The notes beneath the pieces were generated by a model that ran no database searches, was not told the DNA's origin, and saw only the letters and a list, made by a program, of their open reading frames with translations. This document shows positions 38,964 through 53,200 of a stretch of 64,000 nt of DNA, one piece after another. Numbering within the stretch: the stretch's first letter is position 1; the number at the start of each line of letters is the position of its first letter. The stretch comes from Lingula anatina (taxonomy: Eukaryota > Animalia > Brachiopoda): positions 27,962,001 to 28,026,000 of the forward strand of contig CM120642.1 of the NCBI GenBank assembly GCA_051362555.1, read 5' to 3'. The position numbers and the translations under genes were made by a program.

Positions 38964-40277
38964 GAAAATTTTGCACATCGAAATAACAATTTTCTTATCG
39001 TTTCAGGGAATTTCTTGGAAAACTCCAAAACTCTCACAGACGCCGAGTTTGACGCCTACGCTGCAAAGGTAAAAGCAGCAGCCCCCGAGTTACCCGACGG
39101 TAATCTCAAGCACTTCGACTGGGACGTGCCTGCAAAAAAAGTAACATTCACGCAAAGAATCAAAAGTGGGTGGTCTTCATTTAGAAACTTAAACTTGTTT
39201 AATTGGAGAGGACGCCAAGTGAAGGTCAGCAACGTTCTTACCATGGGAACCGTAGGTGGAAGCTTGAACGTCGCGCTCTGTTTGTACATGACCATTTCGT
39301 CAACCAAAAGTGTAGAGGAAAAAATCACAGAAATTAACAATAAACTCGACGAAGCAAAGACAAGCGTGGAAACGAAAAAGGCAGAATTAGATGATCTTCT
39401 CGTAGAGGAAAAAAACCTCTATGCAAAAATCAAGAATAACACTTTGTCTTTGTACAATCTCTTTAGTACCGCCGATGGCACTATTGCAGGCGACCCGAGT
39501 TGCCAGGACACCCTGTGCATTTTCCTTCGTGACGCTGCCAAAATCAATTTTATCTCCGACTTCCTTTCCACGTGGAATAAGGACACCGTCACGTCGAGTT
39601 CAATTTTGGTGAGCCAGTTGTCCTTCATGAAACTCCTGGAGGATTCCAAGACTGAAATGATTGACTTATACAACTCTGCTATAATCACCACCAACGTCAT
39701 AAATTGGGTCACAGACGGTTTGACACTGGACAGGATGCTGGAGAACGCAGTCTCACTGAATCTCGACGCCCGCCTTCCGGACAAATTTTCAGTTTTAAGA
39801 GTAATTAAGGTTGCATTTCCATCTCTCGAAAATTACGATGGCATTCCTCTCAGATGTATTGGTGGCTCCATAACAACGCAGGCAGAGCTGGAAGCATACC
39901 TCAACCAAGCAGCTCCTATAACTGGAGATGTTGTTGATGATATCAAGACTGGAAAACTTTTCGGTGTTTCTCCAGATATTATAGTTGTGATGATAACAAG
40001 CAAAGTAGAGTCTGGTGATCTCCCTGCAAACCCATGCAATGGCCAAGCCTGCACCAGAGATGATGTGTTGAAGGTGATTGCCGCAGAGTATCCCACCGAG
40101 ACAACGTATAATGGGGAAGATCTGACAAAATACAGAAATGCTGCCTCTTGCACAGGTTCAAATTCGGTTGGCCAATCTAAATTCGCGCCTCAAACTCAGG
40201 GTCAATTCCGAGCCCAGGGTCAGGGCGGAGTATTGGCTCTGGTATCAATTGCTACGATTTTATTGTTTTATTACTGA
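36650..40277 (+). CDS. Paralog 4: 857 aa prepro-protein with a hydrophobic (GPI-signal-like) C-terminal extension
   Basis: join(36650..36728,37162..37266,37427..37547,37785..38782,39007..40277) = 2574 nt. Ends CTGSNSVGQSKFAPQTQGQFRAQGQGGVLALVSIATILLFYY*. Confidence 0.9.
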
Positions 40278-41454
40278 ATTTATATTATTAACGGGCTATG
40301 AAATGTTAGTTATACAGAGGCAGGGGAGCCAAAAATTAGCTTAACCAAAACTCCGTAAGCTGCCCTAAATTTACGGCCTACGTTATTACGAAAGTGCCTG
40401 TGAGATAATTGCTTGATAGTTGCATCGGCAAGAGAAAAATTAAATCTGAAATCTGGCGCGACTGGTCAAGAGAGAGGCCAACAAACATGGCAGACAATCA
40501 ATATTTTCTCAGCGTAAAATGCCTGCTTTGTTTAAGTGTATCGATGCTGAATCAGTGTACATTTAACATCGGTTTGAATTGATATATAATTTGCTTGAGT
40601 CTGTCTTCATTATTGATAAGAAATCACCAAAGAATTGTTGTACTGTTTGTATTTCATATCAGGGTGTATATTTAAAATCGGGGAAATTCATGAATGTATC
40701 TTTTCAACAACAACACAACACTCATAGACTATCAGCCGTTTTAATCGCCTCATGGACGTGACAAAATTTAAATTTTCTCTGATATTTCTCTCCTCCGCCT
40801 GGAGGTAACAATATAGTTTGATTTGAAAAAGGTAATGCACAGACATCCTTATTCAGATACTGTATATATTAACGGAGCTTATCAGATATATTAACTGTCT
40901 CGTGGATATAATTGAGCAATACGTGTTAAGCTTTTGAAGCAGAAAATAAATACCACCATTGAACGGAAATAAAATTGCTGAAAAACTATTTTACATGTAG
41001 TTGTTTTTATGATTTCGAAGTTGGCGTCATTTCAAAATACATCCAAAATTTAAAATAAAATCTGACCGCCTTTCGTACGTAAGTGGAGAAGGTTTCAATT
41101 AACTCTTTTGTATGATTAGTATATTTAAACAGTTATAACAAGTAAAGCACTTACGCTGCGCACACCCCCTCCAAAGACTTACACTGAAATATTGTGGTAG
41201 TTGAGATGGCACCCACTGCATATATTTTCGGGTCATTGGTCCTATCTCGCAATAGCGATGGATTGTTTTATCCTTAGGGTGATCCGTATCACTTATAAGT
41301 AAGCCCATTTCTTACCCAAAGATTATATTACATTCCTTATAAGTAGATATAGACTTATTTGCAAACGTTCATCATTGTTTTTTATTTTTCTGAAACACAA
41401 TCAAGTTATTGCCAAAAAGATATATTATCACGAAAAGGACAAATTGCGAATATA

Positions 41455-43079
41455 CAACATTGGTCAAAAAGGTTGTCCCACCCCCATTTCCATGTACTTT
41501 TATTTACAAATGATCACCTCACAGCTGTAAATTTTCTTACAGATACCGTGTCTAACATGATTAATGGTTAAAATGAATACAAAATATTGGTGAAAATATT
41601 CAATTTTATACCATTTAGTAAATTTTAAGAGAGGTACCCCCTCAAATCCAATGTTTCACTGTGACTTCTACAGATGTAAAGAAATGTCTATTAAATTGAA
41701 AAGACGCCATCAAATGTCACCAAATTCACACACAATTAGCATTAGGGTGTGCTCGTCAAAGTTCACGTGCCTAACAGCGTGTGCGTCTACCGCGTACTGC
41801 AATTATCTCCTGTAGACTGCGCGACAAGCCGTCAACATGGGTAACAATTGTTTTATGTGGGATATTGTCCCATTCTTCTTAAACAAGTTGGGGGAGTTGG
41901 CCCACGTTTTTATGGGGTTGGTTCTCCTATTCACTCCAATTCATGTCACAGTTGATTAGTAAGTTAAATATCAGGGCTCAAAGACGGTTGTCCCATCCTC
42001 AGAGCCCAGTGTTTCTGCAACAAATCGCTTGCCAGACGAGAGCTGTGAGCAAGTGCGTTGTCACAATGAAGCCAGTAGCATCCCTGAAGTCACCTCTTGC
42101 AAATGGGGTGAGATTACTGTTGAGAATGTTACATTAAAATGCCCCTGTAACGTTTTGTTCTGAAAGGAACAATGTACTAATACCATGGGCTTGGAATGTT
42201 TTCCAAATGCGGTCTGATCTAACACCTCAGGCGATATTATCCTACACACACCCTTTCAAGAGGCATTTTTAACATGTCTATGGACCCTCATTTGACCATC
42301 GATGGGATACAAGAAATAATTTGATTCTGCATCAAAATCAACTTCCTTCCAGTGATGGATGGCCAGGTTCTGGTGCCTGTGGGATCACTGGACGTAGCAT
42401 TCTCAGCTTATATTTCATTTCATCTTCAAGAACTAACTTTGGAGTTAACTCCAGGCTTGCACACCTCTCGCCTGGCAAGTGTTTTTTGAAGAAACGCAAT
42501 GCTCTTTGGATGGAACCACCATCTTTGAGCCCTGATATTTAACTTACTAATCAACTGTGACATGAATTGGAGTGTGCAATGCAAAGGAGAACCAACCCCA
42601 TAAAAACGTGGGCCAACTCCCCCAACTTGTTTAAGAAGAATGGGACAATATCCCACATAACAGAATTGTTACCCATGTTGAAGGCTTGTCGCGCCGTCTA
42701 CAGGAGATAATATCAGTACGCGGTAGACCCACACGCTGTTAGGCACGTGACCTTTAACGAGCACACCCTAATGCTAATTGTGTGTGAATTTGGTGACATT
42801 TGATGGCGTCATTTCAATTTAATAGACATTTCTTTACATCTGTAAAAGTCACAGTGAAACAGTGGATTTGAAGGGGTACCTCTTATAAAATTTAACTAAA
42901 TGGTATAAAATATGCATATTTTCACCATTATTTTGTATTTATTTTAACCATTTATCATGTTGGACACGGTATCTGTAAGAAAAAAAGCACTACTTCTAAC
43001 AATTTACAGCTGTGAGGTGATCATTTGTAAATAAAATTACATGGAAATGGGGGTGGGACAACCTTTTTGACCAATGTTG
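41455..43079. mobile_element. Foldback Tc1 derivative with ~600 bp inverted arms
   Basis: Ends CAACATTGGTCAAAAAGGTTGTCCCACCCCCATTTCCATG and its reverse complement, TA flanks. Both arms encode a decayed transposase C-terminus. Confidence 0.9.
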
Positions 43080-44855
43080 TATGTCAGAGTGATGGTATAC
43101 GAAAATTATCAAAACAAAGTTTTTCGATCGGACGTAGGTCTGACTGAAAAACTGTACAATGCATGTAGTCACCCTGGCAGTTTGAGATTACGAAACACTG
43201 TTAAATATAAGTGGGCAATAATTTTAAAGACAATTATTCATTTTGCCTTAATACTTTATTTAATTGGTAGTGAAGCAAGAGTGAATGGAAAATTTCACAA
43301 GGGTAATTTTTTTTACCTGTGCGAGTGAGTTAATCTGTGTACAAATTTGTACGAGAAGGATACTGTGCCATATTTGTCATCTACGCAGCAATCAAATGTC
43401 ACAGCAATCTACATATCTATGTGCACAGCAACCACATGTCTTTTGTAACGATTTGCATGTATTCCAATAATGTGTAAGCTAGCAATATTTTCAATATCGT
43501 TAGCAAAGATTAAAATTACTACCAGTTTGGACGAACTCCGCCCACCCAGTGTTGTCATCTACCGGGAAGTTCTGGGCAAGCTCACACAAGCACACAAAAA
43601 TATGGCGAATCTGGGCAATTTTCTTGTTTGTCAACCTAAGCTATAGTTATGAAATCAGTCAAGAGACAGAGTCAACTAATCAACATTTACTACATAGTAC
43701 TTGTACTCGCCAATTTTCATATTTAGTTGACAGAGATAAATAAAACTCCCTGTAGTCTACAGGTGTCTTTGTAATTTTTAAGGTGCCTATTTGAAAAATG
43801 CAAATTGTTGTTCAAACCTGATGATTTTTTAATGAATGGTCATTTGCAAAATTGGAGTGGGTGGCAGCAGTCGGAGATGGACTGTCCACTTAAAATGTGG
43901 TTATCTCTCAGTGAAAGTGACAGTGTAGCTAGTCAACCAGTTGGTGATGACAGGGGCATTATCTTTCGTGGCAGGCAAGCACAAAACATGTCATTATCGT
44001 TCCTGCCTTCCAGCATCTTGTAATGTAAACAACAGTAAAGACAAGGACTTTAATTGTGCCAGTTCATGATCATGTCTATAGACTCAGTACATGTACATGT
44101 ATCGGTGCATGATAAACTACTTAAGATGCCAGACACATGCAGGACATATGCTTATACTTGATTTACTTGATTAAGGAATAAGAAAATATGTTTTAATTTT
44201 AAGATTAAATTTTCAAAAACCACCAAATACGTTTTATATTAGCATATCAGTTTAAAATAAATTACGCGCTTTGACTTGGCCTTTGCTTTTTTAAGGTAAA
44301 CAGACGTCTAGTCGTTAGAAGACAGCTTTCCTCAAGATTCTGATAAGTTTTGGAACTTTAGATAGTATTCCCAATTTTAAACTGCACAGTATAACGATTT
44401 GCTTTTGTGGAATAATCACACTCACATCCTGTAATCTTGCAATATTTTGTCGAAAAAAAAGAAATAGCAACAAAAGATTGAGGATAAGCAACACGATCAA
44501 TAACGAATGAGGGCATATAAAATAAAACCGCTATTTATAAAAGACCTGATTCTACGGCTGCAGAGTAAACAAAAAGAAAATAATTTTTTTAACCAAAGGG
44601 TTTTTCTTTTGAAGGACACATGGGCATTTTGAACTATCTTAACAAAGGCGTAGCAGGCCACTTAAAGAAAGATAAGTAAGCACGCGTAAATCGCCAAGTT
44701 ATACAACAGTAGCGCGAAAGGAGAGGGATGATTACTCTGTAAAGGTACATACAGGTAATCGAGGAAATTTATTTTTGACTCCATATCTTTGTTAGACGTA
44801 TTTTCTCTACAGTATTATGAGCAGAGATTTTACCTTTTGATAAAACATTATTGCC

Positions 44856-45048
44856 AGCATTTGCAAAAAGTAGTATACCAAGAATAATTGACCTATTATT
44901 TTGGGATTTTTACAGTAAATACGGTAGTAGCCTTAATTGACACAATTCAAAAGCATTTGCAAAAAGTAGTATACCAAGAATAATTGACCTATTAATTTGG
45001 GATTTTTACAGCAAATACGGTAGTTCCTTAATTGACACAATTTAAAAG
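44856..45048. repeat. ~96 bp tandem duplication
   Basis: AGCATTTGCAAAAAGTAGTATACCAAG...CACAATT(C/T)AAAAGC occurs twice (44856, 44952). Confidence 0.92.
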
Positions 45049-46128
45049 CCTCTTTTGCTTTTTAATTTTTTTCTGCATGGTTGCTAAAGCAGTCTGATGT
45101 CATTATGACTGATATATTGTTACCCATGTTAATAATATCACATTATTGTCACCATTCGTTTATTTGGCACAAACGTTTTTTTAACAAGGTTTCTACCTAT
45201 TACTTTCATATGGACAACAGTACATGAATAAAATGCTTTGGCAAATTCCGTGCATTATCGGAAAGTCTCTTAGAGTACTAAAATAATGAATGAATGATGA
45301 AAATGTTAAGAAGGAGGTTGTCGAAAAGCAAAAATGTGCATCTCTGTTCACGCACAAAATGAATAATTCTTATAACAGAAATGAAGTAGAAGAAAACGCA
45401 CTGATCATATTCGTAATGTTTTTGCAGCAGGTTTGAGGTAGTACATGTACTCGCCCTTATAATGACTAAGTCTACGAAAAATAAAATTAAATTTTACTGC
45501 TTAAAAGTAGAAAGAAACGCATCGATAAAATCCAAGCTATAGGCTCGGAGTTAAAAAAAACCAACGCGATGATTGCTTAGAGCTGCCGATGATTGAAAGA
45601 GAGCAACAGGCCAATTTGAAGCATAGGCGTGAGATAGGAGGTGGGGAGGGGGATTCTTAGTCCCCCTAATTTTTTTCAACCACGACTGTCCTAGGTGCAA
45701 GAAGCATGCCTCTTAGGGGCCATGTCTACTTTTTTTTTTACGTCAGAACTAGACTAAAAAGGCATTGAAAAATCACGCAGAAAGCGAGAATCCTGACATC
45801 ATCTGCTGTCCAACTTAAAGTACATGATTTTACCGTTACCTCCGTGTTTTTGTTGTTTTGTTTCTGAATGGATGGTCCGCACCTAAAAATACTACTCGCC
45901 CGCTGCAAAAATTGCATGTTTACTTATTTGCAACAAAATTATACTCTGTCGTGAATACCGGTAATTCAATGACTTATTCATTTGATGAAAATTACATTTC
46001 AAATGAGATACAGATATATTTAATTTTCTCTGATGTACAGTTTAATATGAGTAAAATATTTTTTGACAAAAACAAGATGTTGACAAAGTGTCCTTACAGT
46101 AAATTACCTCTAGATTTTAGCACACTTA

Positions 46129-46561
46129 GACCCCATTTCCAGATATTAGATCGATCTACTTTAGATCGACCTAACTCCCTGGGGGTTCAAGCTAAATAGC
46201 TGTCAGCCGGGCGGACACGAAAGTTAATTACTCCCTTACAGCTTGTAGTAGGCGGGACGGACATTTAAGCCGGATTATCTGACAGTAATCTAGTGAGACT
46301 CCCCTCGGGGATAGATCGATTTAAAAGCTCTGGGAATACAGCCTTACACCCCATTTCCATAGATTAGATCGACCTACTTTAGATCGACCTAACTCCCTGG
46401 GGGTTCACGCTAAATAGCTGTCAGCCGGGCGGACACGAAAGTTAATTACCCTCTTACAGCTTGTAGTAGGCGGGACGGACATTTAAGTCGGATTTTCTGA
46501 AAGTAATCTAGTGAGACTCCCCGCGGGGATAGATCGATCTAAAATCTATGGGAATAGAGCC
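46129..46561. mobile_element. Tandem dimer of a 215 bp Harbinger-like MITE
   Basis: TTA-[46129..46343]-TTA-[46347..46561]-TTA; imperfect TIRs CCCCATTTCC / GGGAATA(C/G)AGCC. Confidence 0.82.
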
Positions 46562-48968
46562 TTAGTTCTTCAAGTCCCACCCCCGGCTGGAGTGGTTCAT
46601 GTACCATTAACAGACCAGAACAACAGAAAATCACATCACAACACAACACCTGTCATTAGTCAATCATCAATTGTCACGACAATAAACAAAAGTTGACAGC
46701 CACTGTCTCCGTTGTGCACCGGGCAATTATGTGCGTTAATTGACCTTTCTTGTATAGGGGTATATCACAGCCTTGTGAAGGGGTGTTATTAAGGACCCTT
46801 AAGGTATTTACAGTGACGTTTTGACTGGACACTGTGTTAATGTCCTATATGCACGAGGGTCAATATAACACTTTTATCTATTCTTAGTCTTATCTTTACT
46901 TATAACGAGTTTCTCCTGGCTTGATCACAATGAAAGTAGCAATAAAACTAGGATGTGAGGAAAGCAAAGTACGCGTGGGTGTTGGTCATTTAGATTATTT
47001 TTAGAATAAGGAGACTTCATTTATGTAATATACAAGGTAGTTTAACGGAAGCGCTTAGCTAACAGAGACACTACATGTATATACTCTATAACCTGAACAA
47101 AAAATGAAAATCCAACATCAACAAATAATGATACGATAATTAAAGTATTGAAAATGATGATAAAAAGAAGAACGTTCATAGTAAATTATCTGTTGGCATG
47201 GGTGGAGTTATCTTAGATATTTTCCTAAAAAAAAGAAACAAAGAAGAATAAATCACAAAAAAAAAAAGACAAATGATAATTTTGGTTCTAAAAATCTGTC
47301 GCATGTTTTAGGTCGAAGCAGTATATACATATAAAAATGTATGGGTCAGAAGAATAAATGATGCTTATTTCTACCCCTTATATTCCTTCAATTCTTTTCC
47401 GGGACCATGCAGATATTATAACAAAAAAGACTATAAAACAAAATAAAAACACTCCCATTTATCTCTGACATTCAAGAATAACATTAAAAAGCTATAAATA
47501 TTTAAATACGATGCATATACATTTAAATTTCTTTGTTTTAGATGCAAGTTAAATATATTGAACAATTTCTGGCAAAATCGCGAAAAGTCGTGGACAAAAT
47601 GTCCTGTATTTTTTCTTTTGATCATTCCACACGGAGGCTAAATCTTTTACGAACACGCTGAGCGTTAAAACTTCCACTTTAACTCACGCCCACGGTCATC
47701 GAACCACTCCGCGTGGCGTGGACAAAAGCCACAACGCAGGTCCGGCTCCGATCTCGAAATCCTCTGTCTTCCTTCGGGATGGTGGTAACAATAACAGACA
47801 AGAATAATAAAGTATCAGATTACAGCACCAGTCATTTGTCAATCATGAAGCGCCGTGACATAATAATCGCGTGATGAAACACACTGACCCCATTGTGCAT
47901 CTGACAGTAATATATGTGGTGATTGACCATTCGGCAAAGTTTATGACCTTTCGTGATGTGCGTCACCTACCACGATTACTAGTTACTGTGGGGTGTCTTA
48001 AAAGACTGAGTACCCTCTGGTAATTTTTAATGACCTTTTCGTCGGACATTGACCTTATAGAATACATGTAAGATTTCAGTTAGTAACTATTTATAGTTTT
48101 ATTTTCACGTATGTTGAGGTTATTACAGCTTGATCAAAGTGATAGTAGTATTAAAAATAGAATGTCGAGAGAACACAAACTTGCACGGATGTCATTTTGA
48201 TTATTTTTAGCATAAGATTTAATTAAATTTAGTCCACAAAGTGGTTTAATCGGGAGCAGTTTACTACCAAAGACTTAATTGGTGTTTGTCAAAGTCAGAT
48301 CTGCCGGTGGAGTACAATGCGCAAACTTGAATTTGTGTTTGATTTTAAACACAAAAGTAAATTGATCTAAACCACGCACAAGGAAAGGCATACGCAGCAA
48401 CGTGTTGTTGGGCATAATTGGAATAGTATTTCATTATCGCTATTAAATTATATCAATTTTTTTATAAAAATAACTTGAAGACAAATCAATGTGGAGGAAA
48501 GTTTAAGGAAGGAAAAAATATTATGTTATCCACGACCTTTTTATTTCTTATCTTATATATTTTATGAAAACAAATGATTAGATAAATTTAAAAATACATA
48601 AACTCTAATTCTAAAAATAAATTCCTGAATATTTTCGGTTGAACTTTCATTTAAACAATCTAATTTATGGGGCACAAAGATATACAGTGTGCGATCCTAC
48701 ATGTATTTCCCACTGCTCAGACATCTTCAATATTTTTTACAATACTATACAGACATTTTACATTTCATTTCTTCCCTTGCAAGATAGAAATGAATTTCAT
48801 ATCGTGTAGGAAAAATATGTTTTCATGTACGGGAACAATACACTGGTACTTTCACCACACACCCATCTTACAGAACTATTTGTTAAGTTCCGGTTAAGCT
48901 AGAACAACATGCCATTCGGTTAGTAGGAAAATATGTTTACGTATCTTTTTTCTGGACAATGAGATGAC

Positions 48969-49175
48969 CGGAAATTGTGTGATGCGCTCTGCTAAATTTG
49001 GGCAAGTGGTAGTCAAGGCAACAGTTTTGCGTGACGTCGTGAGTAATGCCTGACAACTGGTGGCCGAAGAGTATATAAAGGACAGTGTCCTTTGGGTCAG
49101 GAACAGAAAATTGACCAAAGAAAAGAAGAGAAGACTGAATACTGGAGAATACTAGATACCTTCACCTTAATACAG
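48969..49175 (+). promoter_or_regulatory. Promoter and non-coding exon 1 of paralog 5
   Basis: CGGAAAT at 48969, TGACGTC at 49032, TGAGTAA at 49040, TATATAAA at 49072, donor CAG|GTAGGC at 49176. Confidence 0.62.
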
Positions 49176-50241
49176 GTAGGCACACATGTAATTTGTCCTT
49201 AATTGGTTTGTTATGGATAAGTTTATACGGCAAAATTAAAATGAGCGTTTGGATATCTCGATATTAAAGCAACGGATGGAAAATAAATATTAGCTTTCAG
49301 ATTCGGGATATTTCAATTCCATTCAAACAATTTGTTCCATAAAACTCGCAGTCGGTTAAAGCGTTTTCTAAAAGATACCCCAGTGCATGTACTGTACACG
49401 AAGTACTTTTTTTCTTTCGAATTCCACGAAAGGATGAGACGTGTTGTTGCTCTTACATGTACTAAAATGTAGGGCCAACCAAACGTTTGGTGCGTCCTAG
49501 CCGAGATCATGAAAATGAAAACATATCCGATGCTAGTTTTAGCATTTTTAACGATATTGTTCCGATCGAATGTTTTGCGGCCAAGTACCTGTACCTGTAG
49601 GACCGTTGCACTTGACATTCGTTAACGAGGCTACATGTACTCACGTGTACATTGTAAACCTAGCACAGATTGAATACAATGCAGAGAGCTTATTCCGCGC
49701 TTTTCTGTTAAATGGATAAGCCCGAAAATGCTATTACGGTATTTAGCAATAATTGTAGAAAATAGCTTGTTGTATATTTTTTCTGTAAAATATGCACAGT
49801 TATATTTTATTAAAAAATTGTCAAAAGTGCTCAGAGTTAAATAAATCTTAGCAAGCGTAATTACGAGTGTGAGTTGCATTGCGTCTCTCACATCTAAAAC
49901 ATACTTTTTAGTGATCGTATTCAGGGTACTATTACCTTTGTCATATTGGATAAATCAAAATATGCTCAACAGTTACTGTAATTAAATGGGGACATTTTGA
50001 ATCTCATTATAACGTGGCTATTTCACTATTGAACATAAATTCATGGCCATAAATCCATATATAATTTTCATTAACTCCTTTTTGAGACAACAGTGACCGT
50101 GCACGTCGAGATTGAGTTATTATACTTGTATATTTTCTAGATTTGCAGCCGTTATTAAACCTCCCCCTAACTACACGCCTTTTAATTCTTAATATATGGT
50201 ATAATTCATCACATTCATTAAATTTTTGCTTTCAGACAGTC

Positions 50242-53200
50242 ATGGTGCGCCTGTCAAATACGAAATTGTGCCTTTGGGCCGTGATGACGGCTCTGCTACT
50301 AGTGCAAAACGTTCATCCAGGTGGGTCAATTAAATACTAAGAACTGGCGCTGTGATGTAATTCAATAAACATGCATTTTGTCGAAATATTATTTCCTTTT
50401 TGTCTGAGATTTACAGTTTTGTCTCTGATTCACTTTCAGAATGTTCTTCTCCGCTTATTAAAAATTTTCAGAGTATATGTTGATCGTAAAGATCCGCTTA
50501 CTGCTATATTTTATAGAAATGATAACATATTGGTATGCATGGTTCGCCCCCATATTTTTTGCTGACGAAGTAGCCGGTTCTCAATTTCAGCCATTGGTTA
50601 CGCCATCAGAGTACAGCGAAGAGAGGCTTATGATGAAATGCGGTCATTAGAAGATAACAAAGCTGATGAATCAAATCACAGCATCCAGAAAAGATGTAAG
50701 TACAGTATATTATTAGACTTGTCAGTTTTGTCTATAGTTTTACATTCAGTTTTTTTTTTTTGCACCAAAGCTTTGATGATTTCATACCGCATGCTTTCAT
50801 ATCGCTTTGAAAAGGGTTCGATGTATTCCTTTATAACAGACGCCTCTCTCTCTCTCTTACAGCTATTGTTGGGGCTGGTTTGAAATTCGTGTTTAAGAAT
50901 TTTTGGGACGATTTGCTGTGCCTGGGGTCTCACTTAGCCACTCTAGCAAACTGCAACAGTTTATCACCGGGAGCTTGCCAAAGGTGAGTCCTATATAGCA
51001 TGATTTCATCGTGCTCTACCCCCAGTACCTCCAAGACCAATAAGATAAAGGTGACACAATAGAGTCGACTATATATGTAAGAGTTAAACAGTCCTAATTA
51101 TAGTGACCCAAGCCAAGATTTTGAAAACATTCTAAGATCATGCATTGCTTCTTGAGGACAGTTAAAGCGGATTTTGCTCTTTGGCTTTTTCGAAAATTGT
51201 CACATAGTTATAGCGAGTGTCAGCAAGAAAAGGTAAATAACGGTAGCTAAATCGGTACAAAAATTCCATTGGCCCCAAGAAATTTAGTTTAATATGGGTT
51301 TTTTGGAAAATTCTGGCTTGGAAGGCTTTAAGCCCTTTCTTGTTGTAAAATAGACCTGATTGTAAATTGTTTCTGCTTTATCATGGTTAAATTTATCATT
51401 TTTTAAAACTATGTTGCCAACCATAACAGGAAGAGGAATGTGCGCATGCACACTGATCTATTTCATGCAGAACTAAATAATAAGATTTCTACTTCAGGTT
51501 AAAGGATTTGGAAACTAAACGCGACCAGATAGCGACCTTAGTAAACGAGACACTGGAGACGCAAGTCGAGTGGGCAACATTGAATTCCACTGACGAAAAA
51601 GCCATCACTAATCTACAGCTGGTCGAGAAAGACTTGGAACTGGTCACAGCCAGCAATCTTCGTCTCATGGGCATACTTAAGGCGATCAGCGTGGTAGAAG
51701 AAAACGACACTGTCTACGACTCGGCCACCGATAATGTTACAGAGATCAGAATACGGTACCAGATTGAGATGGAAACCTACTTGAACGGCATCAAAGCAAC
51801 ACTGACGTCTGTGGGTTCACAAGTCGATTCTCTAAAACACCACGACTACGTTATGTTTGCTATCATGACGGCAGTCCCTCTTGTAGCTCTGCACACCAGC
51901 CACATTGTGACATCTGCCCGTCAAGCTATTCTCTCGAGGAGTCAATCCTATCAGGTGGTAGATATTGTTGGTGGCAATGGCAAGATGAAACTTGCGTATA
52001 ACCCAGAGGGGCGACTTTACGTCGTGCAGGATTCTCCAGAATTGGGTAAACTGAAGGTTCTGCAATCGGTCAGTGACAGCGGAAAAGTTGGACGGTTCTG
52101 GAAGTTTATGACGCCAGCTGGACAGTCCGCCATGGTGTCCGAGTTTCTTGAAAGCTTTGACTTTGAGAGAGGCAAAAAAATCGCCTGGCTTCAGCAAAAT
52201 AATGCCGACTACCTCAACACACTAAAACAAAAGGGATACGTTACTGCTTTCCTGAGTAGAACAGAGGGTCTTTCAAATACAGAGTTAGATGACTTTGTGA
52301 AGAAAGCGGCAGTCTTAGATCAAGATAAGTTCTACAAGTACGATGTCGATATCCCTGAAGCTGATCTTCCAAAGAATATGAAAGTAGGCCTAGACATGCT
52401 TAACCCTAATGACATTGCTGTGGTCAATGCATACAACAGATTGAAGACTACACACCCCGACCTACTAGACAATTTGAATAAAGCCGGTGCTACAGGTAAT
52501 AGATCCATAATTATTTAGATAAAGCATCTTGGAATTTGCATATCTTAATGTGGGTTGACTTCTCGTACTTTTAATAATCGGATGTGTCATTTCCTTTACC
52601 ATTTAGTCCGAATTATGTGTATTTAAAACCTCATAGTCAAATATTCAAAGCTAAAAATTATCTTAAGTTTTGTGGCGCATCACAGTTAAGCAAGCCTTTT
52701 AAAATAGGGCGACAGGCGAGGCCAAACAGATGGGTGAATATAAAAGTTTGAATTGCAACATCGACTGCACCTTGTTTGAATTAATTCAACAGGATTTACC
52801 GATTACGGAGTGCGATGTGTAACAGCAGAACCAAAGTTGCTCATTGCAAATAGTTTAAAACGACACTTAACACATCCCCGATAGATAGTTTCACCTGTAC
52901 TAAAATTCAATTTTTTATTTGTTGATCGTTTCAGGAAAGTTCTTAGAAAACTCCAAAACTCTCACAGACGCTGAGTTCGACGCCTACGCCTCAAAAGTGA
53001 AAGCAGCAGCCCCCGAGTTACCCGACGGCAATCTCAAGCACTTCGACTGGGACGTGCCTGCCAAAAAAGTAACATTCACGCAAAGTATCAAAAATGGGTG
53101 GTCGTCCTTTAGAAACTTTAACTTGTTTAACTGGAGAGGACGTCAAGTGAAGATAAGCAGTGTTCTTACCATGGGAACCATAGGTGGAAGCCTGAACGTC

